Assembly: GCA_044229975.1 (NCBI GenBank)
Contig: JBGARZ010000016.1
Location: 32,001 to 96,000, forward strand
DNA from: Polyangiales bacterium
Lineage (GTDB): Bacteria > Myxococcota_A > Polyangia > Polyangiales > Ga0077539
Reading direction: 5' to 3'
DNA length: 64,000 bases
Part shown: piece after piece, positions 18,300-28,563 of the stretch
How the letters are laid out: each line of letters opens with the position of its first letter
Position numbering within the stretch: position 1 is the stretch's first letter
Program-made: the position numbers and the translations under genes
The notes under the pieces: model-generated
Databases searched by the model: none
Told to the model about the DNA's origin: nothing
The model's input: only the letters and a program-made list of their open reading frames with translations

Positions 18300-20849
18300 A
18301 TGCCCCGACGCACTTCCAACCCGCCCACCGTCGACCCCCACTCTTCTTCCGCGCGCGGCTTCGTGCGCGTCCGCGGCGCCCGCGAGCACAACCTCCGCGA
18401 CGTCGACGTGGACATCCCCCGCGATGCCCTCGTGGTGTTCACCGGCGTCTCCGGCTCGGGCAAATCATCGCTCGCCTTCGGAACCCTCTACGCCGAAGCC
18501 CAGCGCCGCTACCTGGAGTCGGTGTCGCCGTACGCGCGGCGGCTCTTCGACCAGATGCCCGTGCCCGAGGTCGACGAGGTCGACGGCCTGCCGCCCGCGG
18601 TGGCCCTGCAACAGCAGCGCGGGACGGCGACGGCGCGCTCGTCGGTGGGCAGCGTCACGACGCTCTCCAACCTCCTGCGGATGCTCTACTCGCGCGCGGG
18701 TCACTACCCCGACGGGCAGGCGCTGCTCTACGCCGAGGCGTTCTCGCCCAACACGCCGGAGGGCGCGTGTCCCGAGTGCCAGGGGCAGGGTCGTCTCTAC
18801 GAGGTCACCGAGCGCTCGATGGTGCCCGACGACTCGCTCACCATCCGCGAGCGCGCCGTCGCCGCGTGGCCCACCGCGTGGGGCGGACAGAACCAACGCG
18901 ACATCCTCGTGACCCTCGGCCACGACGTCGACATCCCCTGGCGCGAGCTCCCGAAGAAGACCCGCGAGTGGATCCTTTTCACCGACGAGCAGCCCGTCGT
19001 CCCGGTGTACGCGGGACTCACGCCCGAAGAGACGCGGCGCGCCCTCCAGCGCAAGCAGGAGCCCAGCTACATGGGCACCTTCAGCAGCGCGAAGCGCCAC
19101 GTGCTGCACAGCTTCGCGCACTCGCAGAGCGCGATGATGAAGAAGCGCGCCCAGGAGTTCATGATCGGCCGCGACTGCCCCGCGTGCGGCGGAAGGCGCC
19201 TGCGTCGCGAGTCGCTCTCGGTCACCTTCGCGGGCCTCGACATCACCGAGCTGTCACGGCTCCCGCTCCAGCGCATCGCCGAGATCTTCCGCCCCCACGC
19301 CGATGGCACCGCCACGCCCGACGCGGAAGACAGCGCGCACCCCGAGAAGGCCCTCGTCCGCCGTCGCATCGCGGAGGACCTCGTCGCCCGCGTCGCCGTC
19401 CTGCTCGACCTGGGCCTCGGGTATCTCTCCCCGGAGCGCGGCACCCCCACGCTCTCGCCGGGCGAGCTCCAACGATTGCGCCTCGCCACGCAGGTGCGCT
19501 CCAACCTCTTCGGGGTGGTGTACGTGCTCGACGAACCCTCCGCGGGCCTGCACCCCGCCGACACCGAGGCGCTGCTCCGCGCGCTCGACCGACTCAAGGC
19601 ATCGGGCAACTCGCTCTTCGTGGTCGAGCATGAGCTCGACGTGATCCGCCGCGCCGACTGGATCGTCGACGTGGGCCCCGCCGCGGGTGAGCACGGCGGT
19701 CGCGTTCTCTACAGCGGGCCGTTGGAGGGCTTGCGCGACGTCGCCGCCTCGCAGACGCGGGTGCACCTCTTCGAGACGCCGCCGTTGCCCGCGCGCAAGC
19801 CGCGCAAGGCGCGCGGTGAGCTCGCGCTCGCGGGGGTGACGCGCCACAACCTCCGCGACCTCGACGTGTCCTTCCCGCTCGGGCTCTTCACGAGCGTGAC
19901 GGGGGTGTCGGGCTCGGGGAAGTCGAGCCTCGTGAGTCAGGCGTTGGTGGAGCTCGTCGCGTCGGCGCTGGGCCACGAGCTGGAGGGCGACGAGGCAGAG
20001 GGCGAGGACGACGCGCCCGCGCCGGTGGGTGGCCGCATCCGCTCGGGCATGGACGGCGTGAAGCGCCTCGTGCGCGTCGACCAGAAGCCCATCGGCCGAA
20101 CGCCGCGCTCCAACCTCGCGACGTACACCGGCCTCTTCGATCATGTACGCAAGCTCTTCGCGTCGACAGAAGCTGCCCGCGCGCTGCGCTACGACGCGGG
20201 GCGCTTCTCCTTCAACGTCGCGAAGGGGCGCTGCGCCAACTGCGAGGGCGAAGGCTTCGTCTCGGTGGAGATGCTCTTCCTGCCGAGCGTCTACGCGCCG
20301 TGTCCGGTCTGCGCCGGGGCGCGCTTCAACGCCGAAACGCTCGCCGTGACGTACCGCGGAAGGTCCATCGCCGCGGTGCTCGGGCTCACGGTCGATGCGG
20401 CGTACGAGTTCTTCGCGGACGAGCCCGCGGTGCGACGCGCGCTGCATGTGGTGCGTGAGGTGGGTCTCGGCTACCTGCGACTGGGGCAGCCCGCGACCGA
20501 GCTATCGGGTGGCGAGGCACAGCGCATCAAGCTGGCGACGGAGCTGCAACGCGCGCAGCGCGGCGACAGCCTCTACGTGCTGGACGAGCCCACGACGGGG
20601 CTGCACCCGTCGGACGTCGAGCGGCTGATGGCGCAGCTCGACGCGCTGGTGGAGGCGGGCAACACGGTCGTCGTGGTGGAGCACGACATGCGCGTGGTGG
20701 CGGGGAGCGACTGGGTCATCGACGTCGGCCCCGGTGCAGGCGAAGAGGGTGGCCGCATCGTGGCGGCGGGGACGCCGACGCAGGTCGCGCGGTCGAAGGA
20801 GAGCCGGACGGCGCCGTACCTCGCGCGCTTCCTCGCGGAGGCGGGATGA
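18300..20849 (+). CDS. UvrA paralog (class II/UvrA2, DrrC-like)
   Basis: GAREHNL, two GVSGSGKSSL Walker A motifs, LSPGE/LSGGE signatures, LDEP. Short link between LYSRAG and FSPNTPEGAC means the UvrB-binding insertion is absent. Confidence 0.9.
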   Translation: MPRRTSNPPTVDPHSSSARGFVRVRGAREHNLRDVDVDIPRDALVVFTGVSGSGKSSLAFGTLYAEAQRRYLESVSPYARRLFDQMPVPEVDEVDGLPPAVALQQQRGTATARSSVGSVTTLSNLLRMLYSRAGHYPDGQALLYAEAFSPNTPEGACPECQGQGRLYEVTERSMVPDDSLTIRERAVAAWPTAWGGQNQRDILVTLGHDVDIPWRELPKKTREWILFTDEQPVVPVYAGLTPEETRRALQRKQEPSYMGTFSSAKRHVLHSFAHSQSAMMKKRAQEFMIGRDCPACGGRRLRRESLSVTFAGLDITELSRLPLQRIAEIFRPHADGTATPDAEDSAHPEKALVRRRIAEDLVARVAVLLDLGLGYLSPERGTPTLSPGELQRLRLATQVRSNLFGVVYVLDEPSAGLHPADTEALLRALDRLKASGNSLFVVEHELDVIRRADWIVDVGPAAGEHGGRVLYSGPLEGLRDVAASQTRVHLFETPPLPARKPRKARGELALAGVTRHNLRDLDVSFPLGLFTSVTGVSGSGKSSLVSQALVELVASALGHELEGDEAEGEDDAPAPVGGRIRSGMDGVKRLVRVDQKPIGRTPRSNLATYTGLFDHVRKLFASTEAARALRYDAGRFSFNVAKGRCANCEGEGFVSVEMLFLPSVYAPCPVCAGARFNAETLAVTYRGRSIAAVLGLTVDAAYEFFADEPAVRRALHVVREVGLGYLRLGQPATELSGGEAQRIKLATELQRAQRGDSLYVLDEPTTGLHPSDVERLMAQLDALVEAGNTVVVVEHDMRVVAGSDWVIDVGPGAGEEGGRIVAAGTPTQVARSKESRTAPYLARFLAEAG

Positions 20850-20887
20850 TCGTGGACTCACCCGGCCGTCCTTCGAGACCCTCCACT

Positions 20888-20916
20888 CCTTGCGACCCCT
20901 GCGCCCTTGCGGCCTC
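20888..20916. repeat. Solo copy of the dispersed repeat at 61013-61114
   Basis: CCTTGCGACCCCTGCGCCCTTGCGGCCTC is 27/29 identical to 61086-61114. Confidence 0.8.
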
Positions 20917-20956
20917 GCGTCCTCGACGTCGCTGACCCGCTACTCCGAATCTCTGG

Positions 20957-22474
20957 TCAGCGCCCCTCCACCGTCAGTTCGTGCGTCCCCGTCGATCCGC
21001 CGCACTCCACTTCCACGACCCCCGTGCGCGCGTCTCGCGTCGCGGTCCGTGTCTCGCCGTCGCAGCGCACCACGACGTCCGCCGCGAAGTCCTCCGCCGC
21101 CGGAACGTACAGCCGATGCGGCCCTCGCCGATCGGCGCGCGCCACGAAGCGCAGCGCGAAGCGACGGCCGCTCGCGTCGAAGGTCCAGCCGATGGGCTCG
21201 CCCGCGATGGCCTCGGGGCGCACCCGCGCGAGCGCCCGACGAACGCCCGGCCGCAGCCGCCACGCGTCGGTGGCCGCGTCGTAGTCGTGCATCCCCCAGG
21301 AGCCCTGCGAGCGCTCCTTCCAGACCCAGTACATCGCCCCGGCCTGGTACTCGGCCTGGAGGTCCTGCTGGATGCGGTGGTAGTCGGCGGTGCGAATGCC
21401 GTTGGGGTCGTAGCCCCACTCGGTGATGAGCAGCGGCGCACCCCACAGATCGGCCTCGGTGCGCGCGCTCTCCGTCGCCACCCGCAGGTCGTCGATGGTG
21501 AACGACATCCGCTGCGCCTCGGAGCCATTGAACGCCAGCGGGTAGGTGTGCGGCGCGTACACGGCGCCCGTCACCGGGAAGCGCTCCCTCGGCCGCGCCG
21601 ATCGGTTGGTGGCGAGGCGCCCCGTGCTGTCGGGCTCGAACACGATGAGATGCCCGGGGTCGGCCTCGCGCATCGCCCGCGCGACCTGCGCGTTGAGCCG
21701 TTGCACCTGTGACTCCAGCGCGACCGGCTCGTTGAAGATCTCGTACCCGAGCACCGCCGTGTCTCCGCGGAAGCGCGCGGCGACCGCGGCCGCCATCCGG
21801 GCGTAGCGACCACGCAGGCGATCGCCCTCCGCCCCATCGCCGAAGAAGGTCGAGAAGGCCCGCAGCACCTGCCCCGAGGTGCGTCGTGCGCCGAGGTCGG
21901 TGAGCGGTCCCTGGAGAAGCTGTTCAGGCGCCGGAACGATGGCCCAACGCGGCGCGCCGTCTTCACCGATCTCCTTGGAGTAGGCGTCCTGGTGCAGGTC
22001 GAGGAGCACCAGCAGCCCCGCCGCGCGGCAGAGATCGACGACCGTCGCCACGCGAGCGAGATAGGCCGCGTCGAAGTCCGCGCCGTCGACGGGCTCGACG
22101 CCCGACCACTGCAACGGCAAGCGCAGTACGTTGAACCCGAGCGCCCGCATCGACGCGGCGTCGTCGGCCGTGAAGGGCGGAATCGGCTGCAACGGCACGC
22201 GCCCCATGTCGAGGGCCACGTCGAAGACGCCGTCGATGCGGGCGTTGATGCCGTGTACGATGACCACCCGGCCCTGCGCGTCGACGAGGTGACCGCAGCG
22301 CGTCGACAGCGGCGCGAAGGCCCCCGCTGACTCCGTGCACGTCGCTCCGCCGTCCGTGACGTCCTCGACGATCGCGGGCCGATCGACGGCGGCGTCCGTC
22401 GAGGTGGCGGGCGTCGCCTCGCACCCGAGCAACCCCAACATCGTGACCACAACGCTCAGTGAGTGACGCGACAT
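20957..22474 (-). CDS. GH5 endoglycoceramidase-like lipoprotein
   Basis: Lipobox LLGC, LVDAQGRVVIVHGIN, LDLHQDAYSK, GYEIFNEP (acid/base), ITEWG (nucleophile), C-terminal beta-sandwich. Confidence 0.85.
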   Translation of the reverse strand: MSRHSLSVVVTMLGLLGCEATPATSTDAAVDRPAIVEDVTDGGATCTESAGAFAPLSTRCGHLVDAQGRVVIVHGINARIDGVFDVALDMGRVPLQPIPPFTADDAASMRALGFNVLRLPLQWSGVEPVDGADFDAAYLARVATVVDLCRAAGLLVLLDLHQDAYSKEIGEDGAPRWAIVPAPEQLLQGPLTDLGARRTSGQVLRAFSTFFGDGAEGDRLRGRYARMAAAVAARFRGDTAVLGYEIFNEPVALESQVQRLNAQVARAMREADPGHLIVFEPDSTGRLATNRSARPRERFPVTGAVYAPHTYPLAFNGSEAQRMSFTIDDLRVATESARTEADLWGAPLLITEWGYDPNGIRTADYHRIQQDLQAEYQAGAMYWVWKERSQGSWGMHDYDAATDAWRLRPGVRRALARVRPEAIAGEPIGWTFDASGRRFALRFVARADRRGPHRLYVPAAEDFAADVVVRCDGETRTATRDARTGVVEVECGGSTGTHELTVEGR

Positions 22475-22531
22475 GGCCCGGAGTCGTAGCAGCGTCGCGG
22501 CCTTCCCCGCGAGCGGGACGTGGACCCGTCG

Positions 22532-23623
22532 TCACTCCGCCGGCAGGTGGCTCAGCTCGTTGAACACCTGATCGGCGTCCCGGAGGTTCTGCGTGATGGT
22601 GTCGCCGTCGCGCACGCGGCGCAGGCCCTCGATGAGGATGTGCTCACCCTCGCGGAGGCCGCTCTGCACGATGTACTGGTGCGGTATCGACTCGCCCAGG
22701 GTGATCTCCCTCGCGCGCACGACGTTGTCCGCCCCGACGACGAACACGAAGGTCTTGTCGAGCACCGTGTACGTCGCCTTCTGCGGGATGAGCAGCGCGC
22801 CGGGCATCGCCGACGTCATCAGGATCTCGCCCGTCTCGCCGTGGCGCAGGATGCTCTCCCGGTTGGGGAAGCCCGCGCGAAACGCGATGGTCCCAGTGTC
22901 GCTGTTGAAGTCCGCCTCGATGGTCTGGATCGTCCCCGGGTGGGCGTACATCTCGTCGTTGGCCATGCGAAGGCGCACCGGCACCGGGTCGTTGACGCCG
23001 TGGATGCGTCGGTACGCGAGGTAGTCCCGCTCGCTGACGTTGAAGTACACCCACATCTGGCTGTTGTCGGCGAGCACCGTGATGAGATCGCCCTCCTCCA
23101 ACAGGCTCCCGCGCCGCGCCATCAACCGACCCACGATGCCGTCGAAGGGCGCCTCGATGCGCGAGAAGCGCAGGTGCGCCTGGGCCACCTGCCGCTGCGC
23201 CGTCACCTGGTTGAGCGTCGCCTGCGCGAGCGCGAGCTCGTTGGGCGACACCACGTTGCCCGCGCGGAGCATCTGGGTGTTCCGGTACTCGACCTGGGCG
23301 TGCTGCACCTCCGCCGAAGTGCGCGCGAGCTCGGCCTGGTAGAGCGTCGGCGTGATCTGGAAGAGGGCCTGGCCCCGGTGCACCGACTGGCCCTCGTCGA
23401 CCAGCACGTCGCGCAGGTAGCCGCCCTCCAGCGCGCGCACCTCGATGTGCTGCACCGAGCGAATCTGGCAGACGTACTGCCTCGTGATGTCCACGTCCCG
23501 CTTGACCGCCGTCGTCACCTCGAAGCGCGGCCGCGCCTCGGCGTGATGCTGCGCGTGATGACAACCGCTACCGCCCGCCGCGCCCAGGAGCCCGACCAGC
23601 CAACCCACCGCGAGCCTCTTCAT
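22532..23623 (-). CDS. RND efflux periplasmic adaptor (MFP)
   Basis: IEVRALEGGYL...VDEGQSV, IEAPFDG, TGTIAFRAGFPN, LLIPQKAT. ATGA overlap with the upstream OMF gene. Confidence 0.92.
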   Translation of the reverse strand: MKRLAVGWLVGLLGAAGGSGCHHAQHHAEARPRFEVTTAVKRDVDITRQYVCQIRSVQHIEVRALEGGYLRDVLVDEGQSVHRGQALFQITPTLYQAELARTSAEVQHAQVEYRNTQMLRAGNVVSPNELALAQATLNQVTAQRQVAQAHLRFSRIEAPFDGIVGRLMARRGSLLEEGDLITVLADNSQMWVYFNVSERDYLAYRRIHGVNDPVPVRLRMANDEMYAHPGTIQTIEADFNSDTGTIAFRAGFPNRESILRHGETGEILMTSAMPGALLIPQKATYTVLDKTFVFVVGADNVVRAREITLGESIPHQYIVQSGLREGEHILIEGLRRVRDGDTITQNLRDADQVFNELSHLPAE

Positions 23624-25062
23624 TGCGCCGCTCCTGCGTTCCCGTTCTGCGCCGGTCGGGGTTGGGCCCCCGACGGACGCCAGCCCCCGCCGAGCGCCTG
23701 GTAGAGCGTCACGGTGGCCGTCAATTGTCGTTGCTTGGTCTCGACCTGCTCCATCTGCGCCTCCAGCGAGTCGCGGCGCGTCGTGAGCACTTCGAGGTAC
23801 TCCGCCCGCGCGGAGTTGAAGAGCAGCGTCGAGATCTCCACCGACTCGGTGAGGCGATCCACCTGCTGCGTCTTCAACGCGTAGCTCTGCGTCATGTTGC
23901 GCACGAGGTTGATGCTCGTGTTGACGTCGAGAAACGCCGACAGGATCGCGCGCTCGTACCGCAGCACCGCCTGCACCTGCCGCGAGTTGGAGGAGAAGTA
24001 CTCCGCGGTGATGCCGTTGCGGTTGAGCAGCGGCGCCGTGAGCCCCGCGAAGATGCGGTAGAGGATCGAGTCCGGCGTGTCGACGAGGTGACGCACGTCG
24101 AAGGACTGGTAGCCCACGCCGCCGTCGAGGCGCAGCGAGGGGTAGAAGCGAGCCCGCGCGGCGGACACGTCGAGCTGCGCGGCGCGGAGTTCGAGCTCGG
24201 CGCGGCGCACGTCGGGGCGGTTTTCGAGGAGCTGTGCGGGCAGGCCCGTGTGCACCGCGGGGGCGAGCGTGAGGAAGTTCTCCGAGCTGCGGACGATGGG
24301 CGCGGGAAAGCGGCCGAGCAGCAGGTTGATCTGGTTCTCGGTCTCGACGATGCGCTGGCCGATCTCGAACTGCCGGCTCTGAAACCCCTGGAGCTGCGCC
24401 TCGAAGCGACGCACCGCGAGCATCGTGACGCGCGCGGCCTGCTGCTGGAGACGAACCATCTCCAGCGACTCCTCCTGGAGCCGCACGTTGTTGCGAACGA
24501 TCTCCAGCTGGCGATCGAGCGCCATGAGCTCGTAGTAGCGGCTCGCGATCTCGGCCACGAGCCGCGTCACCATGAAGTTTCGCCCCTCGCGGCTCGCGAG
24601 GTAGCGGAAGCGCGCGGCCTCGGCGGCGTTGCGCAGGCGCCCCCAGATGTCGACCTCCCACGAGGCGTACAGCCCGAAGGTGTAGCCCTGGAGGTTGGCG
24701 TCGACGCCGTTGTGCTCGTCGCTCTGCCCCTGGCTGGTGTAGCGGCCCACGCGGTCGAGGCTCGCGCCTGCGGAGGCGCTCAGGCTCGGCAGGTACTCGC
24801 CGCGCCGTGACATCACCTCGTTGTTGGCGACCAGCATCTCCTGCACGGTGATGTTGAGCTCCTGGTTGTTGGCGAGCGCGACGTCGATGAGCGCCACGAG
24901 GTGCGGGTCGGCGAAGAACGTCCGCCAGTCGACGAGGGCGGAGTTCTCCGCGTCCGCGTCGACGCCAAACGACTCGGGCACATGCCGGTTGGGCGCGCGC
25001 GCCGGACCACCGGGGAGCGTCGGGATGCAGCCCACGGCGACGAGCGCGGCGAGGACAACCAT
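23620..25062 (-). CDS. TolC/OprM-family outer-membrane factor lipoprotein
   Basis: Lipobox AVGC, SWEVDIWGRLR, LLENRPDVRRAE, LYQALGGGW. The frame stays open to an ATG at 25242. Confidence 0.92.
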   Translation of the reverse strand: MVVLAALVAVGCIPTLPGGPARAPNRHVPESFGVDADAENSALVDWRTFFADPHLVALIDVALANNQELNITVQEMLVANNEVMSRRGEYLPSLSASAGASLDRVGRYTSQGQSDEHNGVDANLQGYTFGLYASWEVDIWGRLRNAAEAARFRYLASREGRNFMVTRLVAEIASRYYELMALDRQLEIVRNNVRLQEESLEMVRLQQQAARVTMLAVRRFEAQLQGFQSRQFEIGQRIVETENQINLLLGRFPAPIVRSSENFLTLAPAVHTGLPAQLLENRPDVRRAELELRAAQLDVSAARARFYPSLRLDGGVGYQSFDVRHLVDTPDSILYRIFAGLTAPLLNRNGITAEYFSSNSRQVQAVLRYERAILSAFLDVNTSINLVRNMTQSYALKTQQVDRLTESVEISTLLFNSARAEYLEVLTTRRDSLEAQMEQVETKQRQLTATVTLYQALGGGWRPSGAQPRPAQNGNAGAAQ

Positions 25063-25090
25063 ACGGACACCAACGAAGTTCTTCCGTGCC

Positions 25091-25222
25091 CGGCTGGCGC
25101 GGGTTGAAACCCACGGCAGCCAAGGGAAGGCCCGCGGCGGGCTGGTCACGGTCCTTGGCATTGAGCAGTCCGCGCAGCGGACTTCACCTTGGCTGCCGTG
25201 GGTTTCAACCCGCGGTAGCCCG
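25091..25222. repeat. REP doublet / REPIN-like inverted repeat
   Basis: Perfect 28-bp stem, 25098-25125 with 25187-25214 (CGCGGGTTGAAACCCACGGCAGCCAAGG). Each arm is followed inward by a small hairpin (e.g. AGTCCGCGCAGCGGACT). Confidence 0.85.
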
Positions 25223-25234
25223 TCGCACGAAGCG

Positions 25235-28200
25235 CTACTCATGGTGCTCGTCGCCCTCGGTGACCGGGTTTTCTTCCTCCTGCTGGATCAGCGACCGGCC
25301 CTCGGCGAGCGCGCCGAAGATGTAATAGAGGCCGGGGATCACCAGCACGCCGAAGATCGTTCCGAAGAGCATGCCGCCAAGCGCCGATGCGCCGATGGTG
25401 CGGTTGCCCACTGCTCCGGGGCCCGTCGCGCGCACCAGCGGGATGAGCCCCGCGATGAAGGCAAACGACGTCATCAGGATGGGCCGGAAGCGCGCCTTGG
25501 CGCCGTCGATGGCGGCGTCTCGTACCGACATGCCCTTGTGGTGCTTCTGCACCGCGTACTCGACGATGAGCACCGCGTTCTTCCCGAGCAGGCCGACGAG
25601 CATCACGAGCCCGACCTGCGCGTAGATGTCATTGGCGAGGCCGAGCACCTTCAGCATGAAGATGGAGCCGAAGATTCCCACCGGGAGCGACAGCACCACC
25701 GCGAAGGGGAGGATGAAGCTCTCGTACTGCGCGGCGAGCACCAGGTACACGAACGCCAGCACCACGATGAAGATGTAGATGGCCTCGTTGCCGCGTCGCG
25801 ACTCGTCGAAGGAGAGGCCCTCCCACGCGATGTCGTAGCCGCGCGGCAGCGTGCGGGCTGCGACCTCGCGGATGGCGCGGATGGCGTCGCCGCTGGTGTA
25901 GCCGCGCGCGGGCACGCCGCGGATGGCGGACGAGTTGTAGAGGTTGTAGCGGGTGATCTCGTTGGGGCCGTGCGTCTCGCGCATCGTCATGAACGCCGAG
26001 TACGGGACCATCTGGTCGTGATCGTTTTTCACGAACAGGTTCATGATGTCGGAGGGCTGGCGCCGAAACTCGGGGCGCGCCTGCACGTACACCTTGTAGA
26101 AGCGCCCGAAGCGGACGAAGCCCTGCTCGTAGGTGCTGCCGATGAGGATGTCGAGGTTGTCGAGCGCGCGTCGGATGGACACGCCCTTCTGCATCGCGAG
26201 CTGGTTGTCGATGAGCAGCTCGTACTGGGGATAGTTGGCCGCGAAGAAGGTGAAGAGCCCGGAGAGCTCGGGGCGTCGCTCCAGGTTCTCCATGAACTCG
26301 CGGTTGACGCGGTCGAACTCGTTGTAGTCGGTGGTCTCGCTCGTATCGAGCAGGCGCAGCGCGAAGCCGTCGGCCGCGCCGTAGCCCGGCACCGACGGCG
26401 GCTCGAAGAACTCCACCCGCGCGCCGAGGTCGTGCGTGTGCTCCTCCAGCTCTTCGATCACCTGGCGCACCGAGTGGTGCCGGTGTGACCACGGCCGGAG
26501 GTTGATGAGACACGTCCCGGCGTTGGAGCCGCGGCCCTCGGTGAGGATCTCGTAGCCCGCGAGCGACGACACCGACTCGACCCCGTCGATGTGCCGCGCG
26601 ATCTCCTGCAGCTCGCGCGACATGTGGTTGGTGCGCTCCAGCGTCGTGCCGGGCGGCGTCTGGATGATGGCGTAGATCTGTCCCTGGTCTTCGTTGGGGA
26701 TGAAGCCCGCGGGCAGGCGCTTGTTGACCGCGAAGGTTCCGATCGAGAAGAGGGCGAGGACCGCGAACGTGACCGTGCGGCGCGTGACGATGCGCCCGAG
26801 GAAGAGCACGTACTTGTTGGTGGCGGTGTCGAAGACCCGGTTGAAGAGGTCGATGAACATCCCCACCGGCGTGCGCCGCTTGTGGCTGTGGTCGTGCCTC
26901 CGGAGGATGATCGCGCAGAGCACCGGCGTGAGCGTCAGGGCGACCACGCCGGAGAGCACGATGGCCGACGCCATGGTGATGGAGAACTGCCGATAGAAGA
27001 CGCCCACCGGGCCGGTCATGAAGGCCACCGGGACGAACACCGCGGCCATGAGCAGCGTGATGGCGATGATGGCGCCGCTGATCTCGCCGATGACCTTCTT
27101 CACGGCGTCGTAGGGGGTGAGGTTTGGCTCCTCGGCCATCTTCGCGTGCACGGCCTCGACGACCACGATGGCGTCGTCGACGACGATGCCGATGGCGAGC
27201 ACCAGCGCGAAGAGCGTGATGAGGTTGATGGTCAGGTCGAAGGCCTGCATGAAGATGAACGAGCCGATGAGGGACACCGGCACGGCGAGCGTCGGGATGA
27301 GCGTCGAGCGCCAGTCGCCGAGGAAGAGAAACACCACCAGCGCCACGAGGATGAAGGCCTCGAAGAGCGTGTGGGTGACCTTCTCGATGGACGCGCTGAG
27401 GAAGCTCGAGACGTCGTAGTTGATCGAGTAGTGCATGTGCGGCGGGAAGCGCGTGCGCTGGAGCTCATCCAGCCGGGCCTTCACGTCGGCGATGACGCGC
27501 GTGGCGTTGCTGCCGGGCGTCTGCTTGAGCACGATGGCCGCCGAAGGGTGGCCGTCGAGGTTGGAGTAGATGTCGAAGAACTCACTGCCGAGCGCCACGT
27601 CGGCGACGTCGCGCAGCCGGAGGATCTCTCCCTGCGGCGTCGAGCGGATGATGATGTTGGCGTACTGCTCGGGCCGGTCGTAGCGCCCCTGGTAGGTGAG
27701 CACGTACTCCAGTGATTGTGAGGTCATGCCGGTGGCGCTGCCGGTGCGGCCCGGTCGCCCGATGACGCTCTGCTCGCTGATGGCGTGCATCACCTCCTCG
27801 GTCGAGACGTTGTAGGCGCGCATGCGGTCGGGCTTGAGCCAGACGCGCATCGCGAAGTTGCGGTTGCCGAGGATGGTGGCGCGGCCGATGCCGGAGATGC
27901 GTTGCAGCTCCGGGATGATGTTCACGTTGGCGTAGTTGTAGAGGAAGGTCTCGTTGGCGTTGGGGTCGGTGCTGTACAGGTTCACGTACATCAGCATCGA
28001 GGGCTGCACGCGCGCGACGACGATGCCCTCCAGCCGCACGAGCTCGGGGATGAGGCTCGACACCTGGTCGATGCGGTTCTTGACGTTGACCACCGCGAGG
28101 TCGGCGTCGGTGCCCGGCTCGAACACCACCTGGATGGTCGCCTCGCCCGCGCTCGTCGCGTCGGAGATGAGGTAGCGCATCCCTGGGACGCCGTTGATGG

Positions 28201-28402
28201 CGCGCTCCAGGGGAATGAGCGTCGAGTCGATGAGCACCGCGGCGCTCGCGCCCGGGTAGGCGAGCGTCACGGAGACCAGTGGCGGGGCGATCTCGGGAAA
28301 CTGCGAGATGGGGCGGTTCTTGATGGCGAGCGCGCCGAGGAAGAGCAGCACCAGCGACACGACGATCGCGAGCACCGGGCGATGAATGAATCGTTTGATC
28401 AT
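25235..28402 (-). CDS. RND efflux permease (HAE1/AcrB family)
   Basis: FIHRPVLA, QFPEIAPP, GIVVDDAIVVVE, GKNAVLIVE, RFRPILMTS; proton-relay residues intact. Confidence 0.95.
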   Translation of the reverse strand: MIKRFIHRPVLAIVVSLVLLFLGALAIKNRPISQFPEIAPPLVSVTLAYPGASAAVLIDSTLIPLERAINGVPGMRYLISDATSAGEATIQVVFEPGTDADLAVVNVKNRIDQVSSLIPELVRLEGIVVARVQPSMLMYVNLYSTDPNANETFLYNYANVNIIPELQRISGIGRATILGNRNFAMRVWLKPDRMRAYNVSTEEVMHAISEQSVIGRPGRTGSATGMTSQSLEYVLTYQGRYDRPEQYANIIIRSTPQGEILRLRDVADVALGSEFFDIYSNLDGHPSAAIVLKQTPGSNATRVIADVKARLDELQRTRFPPHMHYSINYDVSSFLSASIEKVTHTLFEAFILVALVVFLFLGDWRSTLIPTLAVPVSLIGSFIFMQAFDLTINLITLFALVLAIGIVVDDAIVVVEAVHAKMAEEPNLTPYDAVKKVIGEISGAIIAITLLMAAVFVPVAFMTGPVGVFYRQFSITMASAIVLSGVVALTLTPVLCAIILRRHDHSHKRRTPVGMFIDLFNRVFDTATNKYVLFLGRIVTRRTVTFAVLALFSIGTFAVNKRLPAGFIPNEDQGQIYAIIQTPPGTTLERTNHMSRELQEIARHIDGVESVSSLAGYEILTEGRGSNAGTCLINLRPWSHRHHSVRQVIEELEEHTHDLGARVEFFEPPSVPGYGAADGFALRLLDTSETTDYNEFDRVNREFMENLERRPELSGLFTFFAANYPQYELLIDNQLAMQKGVSIRRALDNLDILIGSTYEQGFVRFGRFYKVYVQARPEFRRQPSDIMNLFVKNDHDQMVPYSAFMTMRETHGPNEITRYNLYNSSAIRGVPARGYTSGDAIRAIREVAARTLPRGYDIAWEGLSFDESRRGNEAIYIFIVVLAFVYLVLAAQYESFILPFAVVLSLPVGIFGSIFMLKVLGLANDIYAQVGLVMLVGLLGKNAVLIVEYAVQKHHKGMSVRDAAIDGAKARFRPILMTSFAFIAGLIPLVRATGPGAVGNRTIGASALGGMLFGTIFGVLVIPGLYYIFGALAEGRSLIQQEEENPVTEGDEHHE

Positions 28403-28563
28403 TCGAGTCGGTCCATGGGGTGGGGTGCCGTCACCGGACGGCGGTCGGCGGGTGGCAAGCGGGCCGTAGACGGGACGACGGGGGAGGGTGGTTCCCGCTC
28501 GTCGACGATTGGAGAGACTTTTCGTCCGGTGGCCGTGGAGCCGGTGCGCTATGCACTCCGCTG

